NCBI RefSeq assembly: GCF_006345805.1
Contig: NW_021825399.1
Span: 1-15,791 of the forward strand
From: Octopus sinensis
Taxonomy: Eukaryota
Direction: 5' to 3'
DNA length: 15,791 bases
Position 1 is the stretch's first letter. Each line of letters starts with the position of its first letter. Of the stretch, positions 1-9,959 are shown piece after piece. Made by a program: the position numbers and the translations under genes. The notes under the pieces are model-generated. The model made no database searches, was not told where the DNA came from, and saw nothing but the letters and a program-made list of their open reading frames with translations.

Positions 1-203
1 TAACCGGAACGTGGAGAATCTGCGCGGTCGAATTTCCCCAACTTGAAAAATTAAAGCCATCTCTGTGCAGTTCCTTCAATAATGGCGCTTTCTCCGTACA
101 CAGTACAAATGTTTCGAACAGCTTTGGCAGTTTCGTAACTTTGATTGAAAATGAAGAGGAGCAGGTGTCGAAAATGCTCACCATTATCTACTTGGAACTC
201 CAT
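1..203 (-). pseudogene. Mariner transposase N-terminal (HTH) remnant, runs off the window start
   Basis: Reverse strand from ATG at 203 reads MEFQVDNGEHFRHLLLFIFNQSYETAKAVRNICTVYGESAIIEGTAQRWL*FFKLGKFDRADSPRSG. This fits the mariner N-terminal pattern (EHFRH.LLF.F...IC.VYG...RWF..F..G.FD..D.PRSG). In-frame TAA at 53-51. Confidence 0.9.
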
Positions 204-380
204 CGCTATATATCTGAAAAGAGATAAAGTTTATACAAATTGCAAAGACTGTAAACAAAAGTTGTAGGAGAAGAGAGCTACAAATAAAACCATAAAATAC
301 AACAATAAAAATATTTTTGTTTGTGTTAATTCGCATAATATTGGAAAGAAACGAAAGAATTTAGCCGACGATCCAATGTA
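1..380 (-). mobile_element. 5' part of a decayed mariner DNA transposon with putative left TIR at ~350-378
   Basis: Transposase start at 203. The reverse strand from 380 reads TA-CATTGGATCGTCGGCTAAATTCTTTCG, resembling a degenerate mariner TIR next to a TA and TA-rich repeat. Outer boundary approximate. Confidence 0.65.
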
Positions 381-944
381 TTATATATTATTATAAATTA
401 TGTATATCTTATATATTGTGTAAATATACATATATCTATGCTTGTATGCAACATACACACACACATATATGTATATGTGTATATATGTTGCATTTATATA
501 TATGTATATATTCGAAACGTAGAGTAGATGAAACCATAGCGACTGAAGAAGGGGTTTGTTCTTTGTGTTAATTGTCCTGTACTCTATTTTTTTGCTGTTT
601 TTAAAAAAAATGTCCAGTTCCTTTGGTTTGTGTCTATGTTTTAGTTTCTCATTGTGTTCGACGTCCTTTTGGTGTCTCACTTGCTAAATAATTGTGGTTG
701 AACAGTAAAAAGTGTATCATCTTTTATTTCCTTAAACTATAAAGCACATCGTATCTATCAAACATATTAAAAGAAGGAAAATAAGTCAAAACCTTTTAAG
801 CTCATTTCAATATTTGACAGATTTGATTAAATGGCAGGATTTCAAAAGAATTTTTTAAAAATTCCTTACTTGTGTTTTCAAATATACTTACACTACGGAA
901 TTTCCACTGCTCCTGCCAGTTTTTGTTGTTGTTGTTGTTGTTGT

Positions 945-1968
945 TACCACCTTCACCTTAGCGAAGGCGGAGGTATTATTTTCAGTCGTGTTTGTTTATT
1001 TGTCCGTCGACAAGATATCTCAAGAACCGCTGGATGGATTCGGATGAAACTTTCAGAGATGTTTAGCCTTGTGCCTAGCACGAACTGATTAGATTTGGGG
1101 GTCGATCCGGTGCCGGACAAGGATTCTGGATTATTTGTTATACTTACTTTATTTTACATGAAGTATTACGATCTTACGTTGACTTTCAAGTCTTTCTCTG
1201 ATTATCTTCCTTGAAAGCACGCCCATGGTTTCCACTATGGCGGCGTTGTTATTTCCAAAGTTTTATTTTCTTTTCTCTATTATTAATTTTACTCGCGTCT
1301 CTATCTTAGTAGAAACTGATGGATAAAGAAATCAAACTACATAAACAAACGGCAGCAAAACCGTTCAGAAATTAAATAACACTAACATATTCAGTAACAA
1401 TAATAAATTTTAGTTTTATCAATCTTGAATATAACGCTCCTGTTTAAAACCTCTAACCTACTTGACAATCGCATTTCTAGTTCTGCCTTGAAGGAAGCTT
1501 TACTTCTTGGGCTCATGTTTGTGCGCAACGATGTTGTTAAACCTCCGTTATCAACACTGTATGCAGGTCATTTCCGTTTTCTTTCATGCACGGATAAATT
1601 TTTTACTATAGACCTTAATGGTCGTAAAATCACTGTATCAGTGGATAGACTAAAAAAAAGTCCTTCATAGAGAAAACTATCCCAGATTCCATTGCAGACA
1701 CACACAGCATTACAAACACGACCTGCACACTCACCTTCAAATTCCATGACTACCATTGTGATAGATCCGGTATCGGAGAAGGATTCTGTATTATTTTTCT
1801 GATTTTAAATTAATTTTTGAGAGTAGTTGGGTTCATTTTTAGTATTCTCGTTTGTGAGAGTAGTCGAGTTTAGTTCAGATATTCTCATTTAAAAAATCAT
1901 CTCTGGTTAATCGTTGAGAGGACGTTGGTGTTGCCTCGGTGGACGTTTGCACTCTCTGAGTGTTCTTG

Positions 1969-1970
<2 letters not shown>
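945..1970 (+). mobile_element. Non-autonomous Helentron/DINE-1-like (HINE) element
   Basis: 5' hairpin ACCTTCACCTT-AGCG-AAGGCGGAGGT (949-974), followed by GTTTGTTTATTTGTCCGTC core. Degenerate 3' subterminal repeat (CCTCGGTGGACGT, ~1934-1946) and terminal hairpin GCACTC-TCT-GAGTGT (1949-1963). Internal 33-bp direct repeat at 1104-1136 and 1764-1796 (29/33). Flanked by T-rich (GTT)n and (ATT)n with no obvious TSD. Confidence 0.7.
1505..1675 (+). pseudogene. Ty3/Gypsy integrase C-terminal (GPY/F module) fragment
   Basis: Reads SWAHV / frameshift / VRNDVVKPPLSTLYAGHFRFLSCTDKFFTIDLNGRKITVSVDRLKK. This matches the Gypsy pattern HVFVR.D....PL...Y.GP(Y/F).VL....K.F.....G....VS.DRLK. Confidence 0.85.
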
Positions 1971-1999
<29 letters not shown>

Positions 2000-2006
2000 G
2001 ATATAA

Positions 2007-2403
2007 GGCGTCGAGCTGGCAGAAACGTTAGCACGCCGGGCGAAATGCTTAGCGGTATTTCGTCTGCCGCTACGTTCTGAGTTCAAATTCCGCCGAGGTC
2101 GACTTTGCCTTTCATCCTTTCGGGGTCAATTAAATAAGTACCTGTTATGCACTGGAGTCGATATAATCGACTTAAATCCATTTGTCTGTCATTGTTTGTC
2201 CTCTCTGTGTTTAGCTCCTTGTGGGTAGTAAAGAAATAGGTATTTCGTCTGCCGCTACGTTCTGAGTTCAAATTCCGCCGAGGTCAACTTTGCCTTTCAT
2301 CCTTTCGGGGTCGATTAAATAAGTACCAGCTACGCACTGGGGTCGATGTAATCGATTTAAACCCTTCCTCCAAATTTGAGGCCTTGTGCTTCCAGTAGAA
2401 AGG
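2007..2403 (+). mobile_element. tRNA-derived Nin-domain SINE, dimeric (full head 2007-2238 plus 5'-truncated unit 2239-2403)
   Basis: A-box-like TGGCAGAAACGTT, B-box GTTCAAATTCC (2081-2091) and Nin-like GCCTTTCATCCTTTCGGGGTCGATTAAATAAGTACC. Segment 2054-2172 recurs at ~2239-2357. Ends in an (ATT)n tail. Confidence 0.85.
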
Positions 2404-2446
<43 letters not shown>

Positions 2447-2470
2447 TATTATTATTATTATTATTATTAT

Positions 2471-3040
2471 TTTATGTTTGACTTTTGCTTTACATTTGTA
2501 CAAGTTGGCTCCAAGTCTCACCCAGAGACCTCAAGAGACAACAGGTTGGAAGTTCATGTTGGTATTATGCCTAGGGTGCCATATATTTGGTTTTGTACAT
2601 AGTGTTGTTCTAGAGAATGTTTAGGAAACCATAAGAAAATTATGTTGGTTTTAAAACTTGAGATTACATAGAAAGTATTTTGGTAGGATATGGGCAGTTC
2701 CATGAGCACTATCTGTTAAATTTCTGCCATTTTAGGGGTTTCCTGGTATCTGAGCTAGGTAGCAGTCAGCCCCTTTTGCTATCATTCTCAGGGCACCTAT
2801 GACAACAGGTATTGTTTTAGTCTTCAGGTTCCACATTTTGCTTTTTCTATTTCAAGATCTTTATATTGCTCAGTTTTTGGTAGGTCTTGACAGATACGTT
2901 TATATCGATTGGGAAGTCATATCAATGAGGAGGCATGATTTTTGTCTGAAGTCTTTCGATATGATGTCTGGCCTATTCGCATCTATCTTTCTGTCAGTTT
3001 AAATGGTGAAGTTCCAGAGGAGTGAGATGTGATCATTTTC
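2471..3040 (-). mobile_element. 5'-truncated R4/Dong-like non-LTR retrotransposon: RLE domain remnant (3040-2664) plus 3' UTR
   Basis: Reverse strand, with frameshifts: ENDHISLLWNFTI*TDRKIDANRPDIISKDFRQKSCLLIDMT...YKDLEIE...KMWNLKTKTIPVVIGALRMIAKGADCYLAQIPG...GTAHIL. Shows the RPD..D..K-type restriction-like endonuclease motif. The 3' end runs into (TAA)n. Confidence 0.88.
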
Positions 3041-3044
3041 TATC

Positions 3045-3061
3045 ATAATAATAATAATATT

Positions 3062-3105
<44 letters not shown>

Positions 3106-3177
3106 CAACAACAACGATAACGGTAACGATGACGATGATGGTGATGATGACGACGACGATGATGATGATGATGATGA
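3045..3177. repeat. Compound trinucleotide microsatellite (AAT)n-(AAC)n-(GAT/GAC)n
   Basis: Read directly from the sequence. Confidence 0.95.
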
Positions 3178-3400
3178 CCTGCACAAAGGATTTGTTTATA
3201 GTGATCAAATTAATGTGCTGTACGTTAAACTCCCGCTCTCTATCAAATCGACATTGCCTGAACAGTTGCACGGAGTAGCACACATCACGTGTCGGAGTGG
3301 TCGCGGAGAAATTTGAAATGAAGTGTTTTGCTCAAGAACACAACGCACCATCCGGTCCAACGATCGAAACCACGATCTAGCGATCGTGAAAGTCACACTC
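3178..3400 (-). mobile_element. Decayed CORE-type tRNA SINE
   Basis: The plus strand has TGAAGTGTTTTGCTCAAGAACACAACGC...GATCGAAACCACG, the reverse complement of a B-box-like GGTTTCGATC followed by a CORE-like TTGTGTTCTTGAGCAAAACACTTCATTTC. The tail merges into (ATC)n on the minus strand. Confidence 0.65.
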
Positions 3401-3402
3401 AC

Positions 3403-3460
<58 letters not shown>

Positions 3461-4010
3461 GATGCAGTACCAGGCAGTGGCTCTCATGGCTTCTGATCTT
3501 AACTGATTGGAAGTGTTATCATGTACATTGTTTTGTCTTGGTATAAAAGATGGGCTACAGCAAATATTCTGCTCAATACCACAGATTTGCTTGTCAGTTG
3601 TTTGACCTTAACCAGTTGAGCATGTCCCTTAGTGGCTGACGATATGTGCATCTCTGATCACGAGCAGAAGTAGTGGGGGAGCATCATAGCCATGTGTTGA
3701 GAGGGATTCTTTGGGGTTTGAATAGTTCACCTCTGGAAACATGGGTGGTTCTTTCAACATCCTTAAACAACCCTTATTCAGGGACCGTTTGAGCGGGATG
3801 GGCTACTCAACCTGAAGAAAAATTCTAACTGGGCCCCACCTGCAAGGTCATGTGCTGTTTATCTTGATATGAGATCACCATGTCGCGCACCAATGGTTGT
3901 GATGCATGTACCTGGTGTACCTTTATCAGACGGGTAGTCATGATGGGTATATTGGGCTTCGTATATTTTACCCCAGTGTCACTTTGATGGCATGAACTGC
4001 TCTCTCACTC
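3461..4010. mobile_element. 550-bp non-coding insert between two (AAT)n arrays; probable retroelement 3' UTR or non-autonomous element
   Basis: Complex sequence, GC-richer than its flanks, with sharp boundaries to same-orientation (AAT)n on both sides. No ORF of 60 aa or more lies within it. Identity inferred from context only. Confidence 0.5.
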
Positions 4011-4026
4011 AATAATAATAATAATA

Positions 4027-4277
4027 ATACCTATCATAGTAGGTGCATTAGGCATGATAAAAAAATATTCAGACAAATACATAACAAAAACACCAGGACT
4101 TACAAACACATATAACATACAGAAAATTGCACTACTGGGCACTGCACACATCCTACGCAGAACACTTTCCATACAATAACCATCAGAGCATCACAACAAA
4201 CCACAGCACATACCCAAGGCACACAGAGCTGCGCTCGGTAGTGAAGTGAAAGCACGCTATAAAAATAAAAACTACTG
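4027..4277 (+). mobile_element. R4/Dong-like 3' end, second lineage (ORF end 4027-4179 plus 3' UTR)
   Basis: Uninterrupted IPIIVGALGMIKKYSDKYITKTPGLTNTYNIQKIALLGTAHILRRTLSIQ*, homologous to the C-terminus of the 2471-3040 element. (AAT)n on both sides. Confidence 0.88.
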
Positions 4278-4353
4278 AATAATAATAATAATAATAATAT
4301 AATAATAATAATAATAATAATAAAAATAAATAATAATAATAATAATAATTATA

Positions 4354-4392
<39 letters not shown>

Positions 4393-4407
4393 TTATTATT
4401 ATTATTA

Positions 4408-4472
<65 letters not shown>

Positions 4473-4480
4473 CATTATTG
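4278..4480. repeat. (AAT)n switching to (ATT)n near 4391
   Basis: Read directly from the sequence. Confidence 0.95.
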
Positions 4481-4482
4481 TT

Positions 4483-4754
4483 GCCAATGCACAGCTTCTA
4501 ACGCTGGAGATGTACTACGGTGTCAGCTGTTCACTACCAGTGAACTAAGATAACAGATATGACAGGTTAGCTTGGGAAGTTATGCAGTTGTGGTCGATGA
4601 AAAAGGTAGCAGTAGTACCAATAATTGTCGGAGTCCTGGGAACAGCGAGCAAAAATCTCGAGAAGTACGTGGAGCAAATAGGGGCTGAAATAATGGTGGA
4701 GCAGAAAACAGCAATGCTGGGAACTGCTCGAACATTCCAGAAGGTGCTCGAAAA
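4483..4754. mobile_element. R4/Dong-like 3' end, third lineage, copy 1 (3' UTR on minus 4483-4554; ORF piece on plus 4555-4754)
   Basis: The plus strand reads RYDRLAWEVMQLWSMKKVAVVPIIVGVLGTASKNLEKYVEQIGAEIMVEQKTAMLGTARTFQKVLE (PIIVG.LG and QK.A.LGTA motifs). (ATT)n on both sides. Hairpin GTTCACT-ACC-AGTGAAC at 4529-4545. Confidence 0.85.
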
Positions 4755-4920
<166 letters not shown>

Positions 4921-5208
4921 GCCATTGCACATCTTCTAACGCTGGAGATGAACTACGGTGTCAGCTGTTTACTACCAGTGAACTAAGATAACACCTCTTA
5001 TTTTTCGAGAGATATGACAGGTTAGTTTGGGAAGTTATGCAGTTGTGGTCGATGAAAAAGGTAGCAGTAGTACCAATAATTGTCGGAGTCCTGGGAACAG
5101 CAAGCAAAAATCTCGAGAAGTACGTGAAACAAATAGGGGCTGAAATAAGGGTGGAGCAGAAAACAGCAATGCTGGGAACTGCTCGAACATTCCAGAAGGT
5201 GCTCGAAA

Positions 5209-5209
<1 letters not shown>
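4921..5209. mobile_element. R4/Dong-like 3' end, third lineage, copy 2 (3' UTR on minus 4921-5009; ORF piece on plus 5010-5209)
   Basis: Near-identical to 4483-4754 but with 17 extra bp (4993-5009). Their reverse complement, CTCGAAAAATAAGAGGT, continues the ORF end (LEK*). Confidence 0.85.
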
Positions 5210-5242
<33 letters not shown>

Positions 5243-5253
5243 TATTATTATTA

Positions 5254-5320
<67 letters not shown>

Positions 5321-5395
5321 CATATTATTATTATTATATTATATTATTATTATATTATTATTATCATTATTATTATTATATTATTATTATATTAT
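5210..5395. repeat. Imperfect (ATT)n microsatellite
   Basis: Read directly from the sequence. Confidence 0.95.
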
Positions 5396-6103
5396 CGTAT
5401 ATGCTTTAACCACAGACCTAACAGATTAATGTCATGCCTTCATTTTGCATTTTTCCGCAACAAATTTATACGAACTTGATTTTACTTGTGTATAAATAAA
5501 TTCGATTCAATGCAATGCAGATAGATATTCGTTTACTTAATCAACTGAACACCATCGGTAAAATTACACATACCACGTTTTCGTTTCGAATATTTAATTA
5601 ATGTTCAAGTTAGAAGGATTAGAAAATCACATCGCTTTACTAAATTATTTATTCAGTCAACCGGAAATGTTTGAAAGAACTCAGATAAGGCGATTGTATC
5701 CAATCTCAGTGACTTGCTTTTTACTTCGTATAAAACCTACTGTGATATCTTCCGGTTTATATTCAACTGAAATTAAATTTACACCTGATCTAACCTGATT
5801 AATTTTCCGTAATTAAGCTTATCAAATGATTGATAATTTCCTGTTTATATGAATTTATAAAATTTGTCACAAATTTTATTTAGTTTTACTCAATTATTTT
5901 TAAATATTTTTCTTTATTACTTTATAAATTATTTTTTTATTATATTTGCTCAGATGGAAGCCTCGAGTATTAACTTTTTTTTTTTTCGAAACAAATATGG
6001 CGTCGTCTTTACAGTCGAACCCCGCGTATTTCACTCCGCTACGCTGCTAGCTCTTTTCTGTTTGCTTTGTTAAGTTCGAATCAGTAAAAATATGAGGAAG
6101 TTG

Positions 6104-6179
6104 TATGTATATGTATGTATGTGTGTATGCGCGTGAATGTGTTTACGTGTAGTGTGTGTGTGTGTGTGTCTACACACCA

Positions 6180-6239
<60 letters not shown>

Positions 6240-6471
6240 TTCTTTCTTTCTTTCTCTTTCTTTCACTATACTTCTGTTTTCTGACAGGCATATATTCTGA
6301 AACAATCGTAAAAATATAAAAAAATATAAAACTAAAAAAGTGAAATATAATAAAAAAATTCTAAATATTTTTTTTATCTCAAAAAAATATCTAAAAACAA
6401 AAAAAAGCTAACTCTCGAAAGGAAAAAAAAAGAAGCAGTTGAAAATAGGATGACCCGAATACGCACGCACA

Positions 6472-6524
<53 letters not shown>

Positions 6525-6645
6525 TACAGGCGTACAAACACATATATATGTGAGCGTGTATGTATATATGTATATATATATATATGTCAATATGATTACA
6601 CATCTATATATGTCAATCTCTCTCTGTCTCTCCTTCTCTCTCTCT

Positions 6646-6693
<48 letters not shown>

Positions 6694-6715
6694 GTATGTA
6701 TATATGGGTGTAGAT
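6104..6715. repeat. Cluster of (GT)n, (TA)n, A-rich, (CA)n, (CT)n and (TATG)n simple repeats
   Basis: Read directly, e.g. (TA)n 6183-6233 and (CA)n ~6473-6520. Confidence 0.9.
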
Positions 6716-6896
6716 AGATGCGCTTCCCGTTTATATTTATAGTGTTGCTCATTTCTTATTGTTATTGAATTATAAACGCATGAATATGTGGAATATATTG
6801 CGGCGATATTTTTTTAAGTTGAATTGTAAAGTCATAGCCCCAGCTTGAAAGTTTACGCTATGCTAGCTGACTCTTCTTGTTTCTAAACAATCGCAG

Positions 6897-6986
6897 AGAA
6901 TTTGACAACTGCAGAGCATTCAGGGAAACATCAAACTATGACTTGTTTCCAGAGCAGCTCCTCACAGCCATGCAACATCTCCAGAC
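6897..6986 (+). CDS. Candidate internal exon (90 nt) of an unidentified host gene
   Basis: Pyrimidine-rich CTCTTCTTGTTTCTAAACAATCGCAG acceptor and GTATGC donor. Length is a multiple of 3 and two frames are open (EFDNCRAFRETSNYDLFPEQLLTAMQHLQ or NLTTAEHSGKHQTMTCFQSSSSQPCNISR). Complex sequence between microsatellites. No homology recognised. Confidence 0.35.
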
Positions 6987-7044
6987 GTATGCACAGACAG
7001 ACACACACACATGAATAAAGGCATTCATTCAGATATGCATATTG

Positions 7045-7079
<35 letters not shown>

Positions 7080-7088
7080 GAGATAGAG

Positions 7089-7124
<36 letters not shown>

Positions 7125-7145
7125 GGATAGATGGATAGATATATT

Positions 7146-7190
<45 letters not shown>

Positions 7191-7273
7191 GCAGATGGAC
7201 AGAGAGGGATGGATAGAAAGATAAAGATACATGTATATATATGCGTATATATATATATATACATATGTGTGTG

Positions 7274-7323
<50 letters not shown>

Positions 7324-8134
7324 TATATACATATACATATATATAATACATTTATATATGTGGATATATATTTACATATATATTTATATAAATACATACA
7401 CACACATTTATATATGTTATATGACTACATACATACATGTGTGTGTACATATATGTATGTATCTTCTCACATCCACATACTTTCAAACATACACATACAC
7501 GAATACATGCATGCACATGCTGACACACTTGTACACGAAAATATGTAAAGGCACATATACACATATACACACATATGCCGATCCACGTGTGTGCGTGCGT
7601 GTGTTTTAAGAAGAGAGAAATGTGTATAAAAGTTTATCTCTGTTTTAGATACATATTGAAACTTATATAAACTTCATTTTGTAAATTCTAACAGGCACAC
7701 AGACTCACGCGCAGACATGCGTACGTGCATACACACACGCACGCGCGCGCGCACGTATAGTTAAGCAAAAATACACTTAAATTTATATTATGGAACCTAG
7801 ACACACACACACATACACATATATATATATGCATCTGTGTGTGTGTGAGTATACATACATACACATATACTTGCATACTCACATACATACATGTACACGC
7901 ATATATGTATATGTACATGCACGTAAGTACATGCATACAAACATGCGCATGCACACACGTCTACATCCATACAGACATTCATATTAAGCTACCTACCTAC
8001 CTACCTACCTACCTACCTACCTACATACATACATACATACATACATACATACATACATACATACATACATACATGCATGCATACATGCATACATACATGC
8101 ATGTATGCATACATGCATGTATAGATGCATACAT
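7045..8134. repeat. (GATA)n, (TA)n, degenerate (CA/TA)n, (CCTA)n and (CATA)n simple-repeat tract
   Basis: Read directly: (GATA)n ~7045-7190, (CCTA)n ~7989-8023, then (CATA)n. A short non-repetitive stretch lies at ~7610-7690. Confidence 0.9.
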
Positions 8135-8380
8135 CTGCAGTTACTCTATTCAAATTACACATTCAAGTTTATACCTGTAATTATTGGGGTCCTGGGATAT
8201 GTAAACATACTGCCTAAGTATCAATCTTGAGGAACTGGGCTTTTCAAAACCAGAAAGGAGAAAGCTTATTCGAAGACTACAGATGCAATCCATCAATGGA
8301 ACTGTAAAAATTTGACCATGACTAGATATGCAACTATATGCATGAGAATGCATACATGAAGTAAAACATACAAATCTGCA
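8135..8380 (+). mobile_element. RLE non-LTR retrotransposon 3' end, fourth lineage, embedded in (CATA)n
   Basis: Reads LQLLYSNYTFKFIPVIIGVLGYV / frameshift / YCLSINLEELGFSKPERRKLIRRLQMQSINGTVKI*. Same IPV.IG.LG...Q.....GT..I architecture as the TAA-associated copies. A short 3' UTR merges into (CATA)n. Confidence 0.75.
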
Positions 8381-8392
8381 CACATACATACA

Positions 8393-8426
<34 letters not shown>

Positions 8427-8803
8427 CATACACATTCATACATACATACATACATACATACATACATACACACGTAAATACACTCATATCTACACACATA
8501 CATACAATACATACATACACACATACATACATACATACATACATACATACATACATACATACATACGCACATACCTACACACATACCTACACTCATACAT
8601 ACATACACACATGCATACATACACACATACATACATACATACACACATACATACGCACATACCTACACACACATACATACATACATACATACATACATAC
8701 ATACATACATACATACATACACACATGCATACATACACACACACATACATACATACATACATACATACATACATACATACATGCACCCATACATACATAC
8801 ACA
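8381..8803. repeat. Long imperfect (CATA)n array
   Basis: Read directly from the sequence. Confidence 0.95.
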
Positions 8804-9079
8804 CTCGCCTCTGTATTTGTATGTGTGCCTACTTAAGAAAGTGTAAAATTCTAAGTCTATTCCAAAGTTTGATGCTCGTCTTCGAGCATAAAACTCATCG
8901 TTTTACGGTGAACCCCCCCCCACCTGTTTATGGTGTTTGGCGAACAAAGAGTAAAATATATTTAGTTAAATACTGAGTTCAACTCCTTGGATTCTATTGT
9001 CCCCCATACGTTTGTTAATATTTCTATGTTTAATTAACGCTTGTGACGAAGACCGCAGAGGTTAATATTAAGTGCATAC

Positions 9080-9080
<1 letters not shown>

Positions 9081-9115
<35 letters not shown>

Positions 9116-9135
9116 GCGCGCGCGTGTGTGTGTAC

Positions 9136-9183
<48 letters not shown>
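9081..9183. repeat. (GT)n with internal (GC)n
   Basis: Read directly from the sequence. Confidence 0.95.
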
Positions 9184-9188
<5 letters not shown>

Positions 9189-9254
9189 CATACACAATAA
9201 ACATAGACATGTGTAACTTTATATAAATATACAGTTAGTGATGGAGGAAATAAA

Positions 9255-9379
9255 TCCCTTCGTATGATAGGCACAGAGCATAGTCGATTATACTCATCCC
9301 TCGACTATCGCGGGTGTTACGTTTCAAAACCCACCGCGATAGATGAAAATCCGCGAAGTAGAAACAGTACTGTACTGTA

Positions 9380-9440
<61 letters not shown>

Positions 9441-9725
9441 GTCATTATCATTATTTTTTTTTTTATTTTTATAATTTGTATATATTTATTTTATTATAAA
9501 TGCAAAACTTACACCACGGAGGAATCGACGTAATCTTAAATAATAAACCGCGATAGGTGAACCGCGATATGGCGAGGGATTACTGTACATCGATTCCAGC
9601 CCTTGGCTCTTACCTATTTCATCGAACCCAAAGAAAGATGAATGGCAAAGTTGACCTCGGCAGCATTTGAACTCAGAAGGGACGAAATTCCACCAAACAT
9701 TTTCCCGCATACCACCTCTCACCGC
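9255..9725 (-). mobile_element. Decayed Nin-domain SINE interrupted by the MITE
   Basis: AGTCGATTA|CATCGA...ATCGAACCC...GATGAATGGCAAAGTTGACCTCGGCAGCATTTGAACTCAGAA matches the reverse complement of 2007-2403. Confidence 0.75.
9291..9585. mobile_element. pogo/Tigger-like MITE with TA target duplication, containing an (ATT)n array
   Basis: Right end CCGCGATATGGCGAGGGATTACTG-TA. Left end TA-TACTCATCCCTCGACTATCGCGG, a degenerate CAGTAATCCCTCG. TA at 9289-9290 and 9586-9587. A sister copy lies at 13306-13511. Confidence 0.8.
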
Positions 9726-9741
9726 TACCCAATAATAATAT

Positions 9742-9940
9742 ATTTGTTTCTATTAGAGGTGCAAGTCTAGAGATTTGTGATGAACGGTGCCTCGACCAAT
9801 TCACCCCTTGCATTAGACTGATACTTTATTTTATCGACCCTAGGAAGATGAATCTGCAGCGGGATTTGAACACAAAACGTAAAAAAGCGGACGAAATATT
9901 GCATGGTATTTTGTCCCACGCCCTAACGATTCCGCCAATT
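9742..9940 (-). mobile_element. Old Nin-domain SINE copy
   Basis: ACTTTATTTTATCGACCCTAGGAAGATGAA...GGATTTGAACACAAAACGTA...GACGAAATA...CTAACGATTCCGCCA aligns loosely to the reverse complement of the 2007 SINE head. Confidence 0.65.
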
Positions 9941-9959
9941 TACTTTATTCCGTTGACAG

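Noticed and set aside
511-556. GAAAC...GTA...CTGAAGA hammerhead-like words
   Set aside because: The required stems cannot be paired in this copy.
2007-2095. Possible tRNA gene
   Set aside because: A and B boxes are present, but there is no cloverleaf and the sequence continues into a SINE body.
5990-6050. YY1-like AATATGGCG with short ORF MASSLQSNPAYFTPLRC
   Set aside because: A single short motif and a 17-codon ORF are insufficient evidence.
8872-8889. Hairpin ATGCTCG-TCTT-CGAGCAT
   Set aside because: A 7-bp stem is expected by chance in 16 kb.
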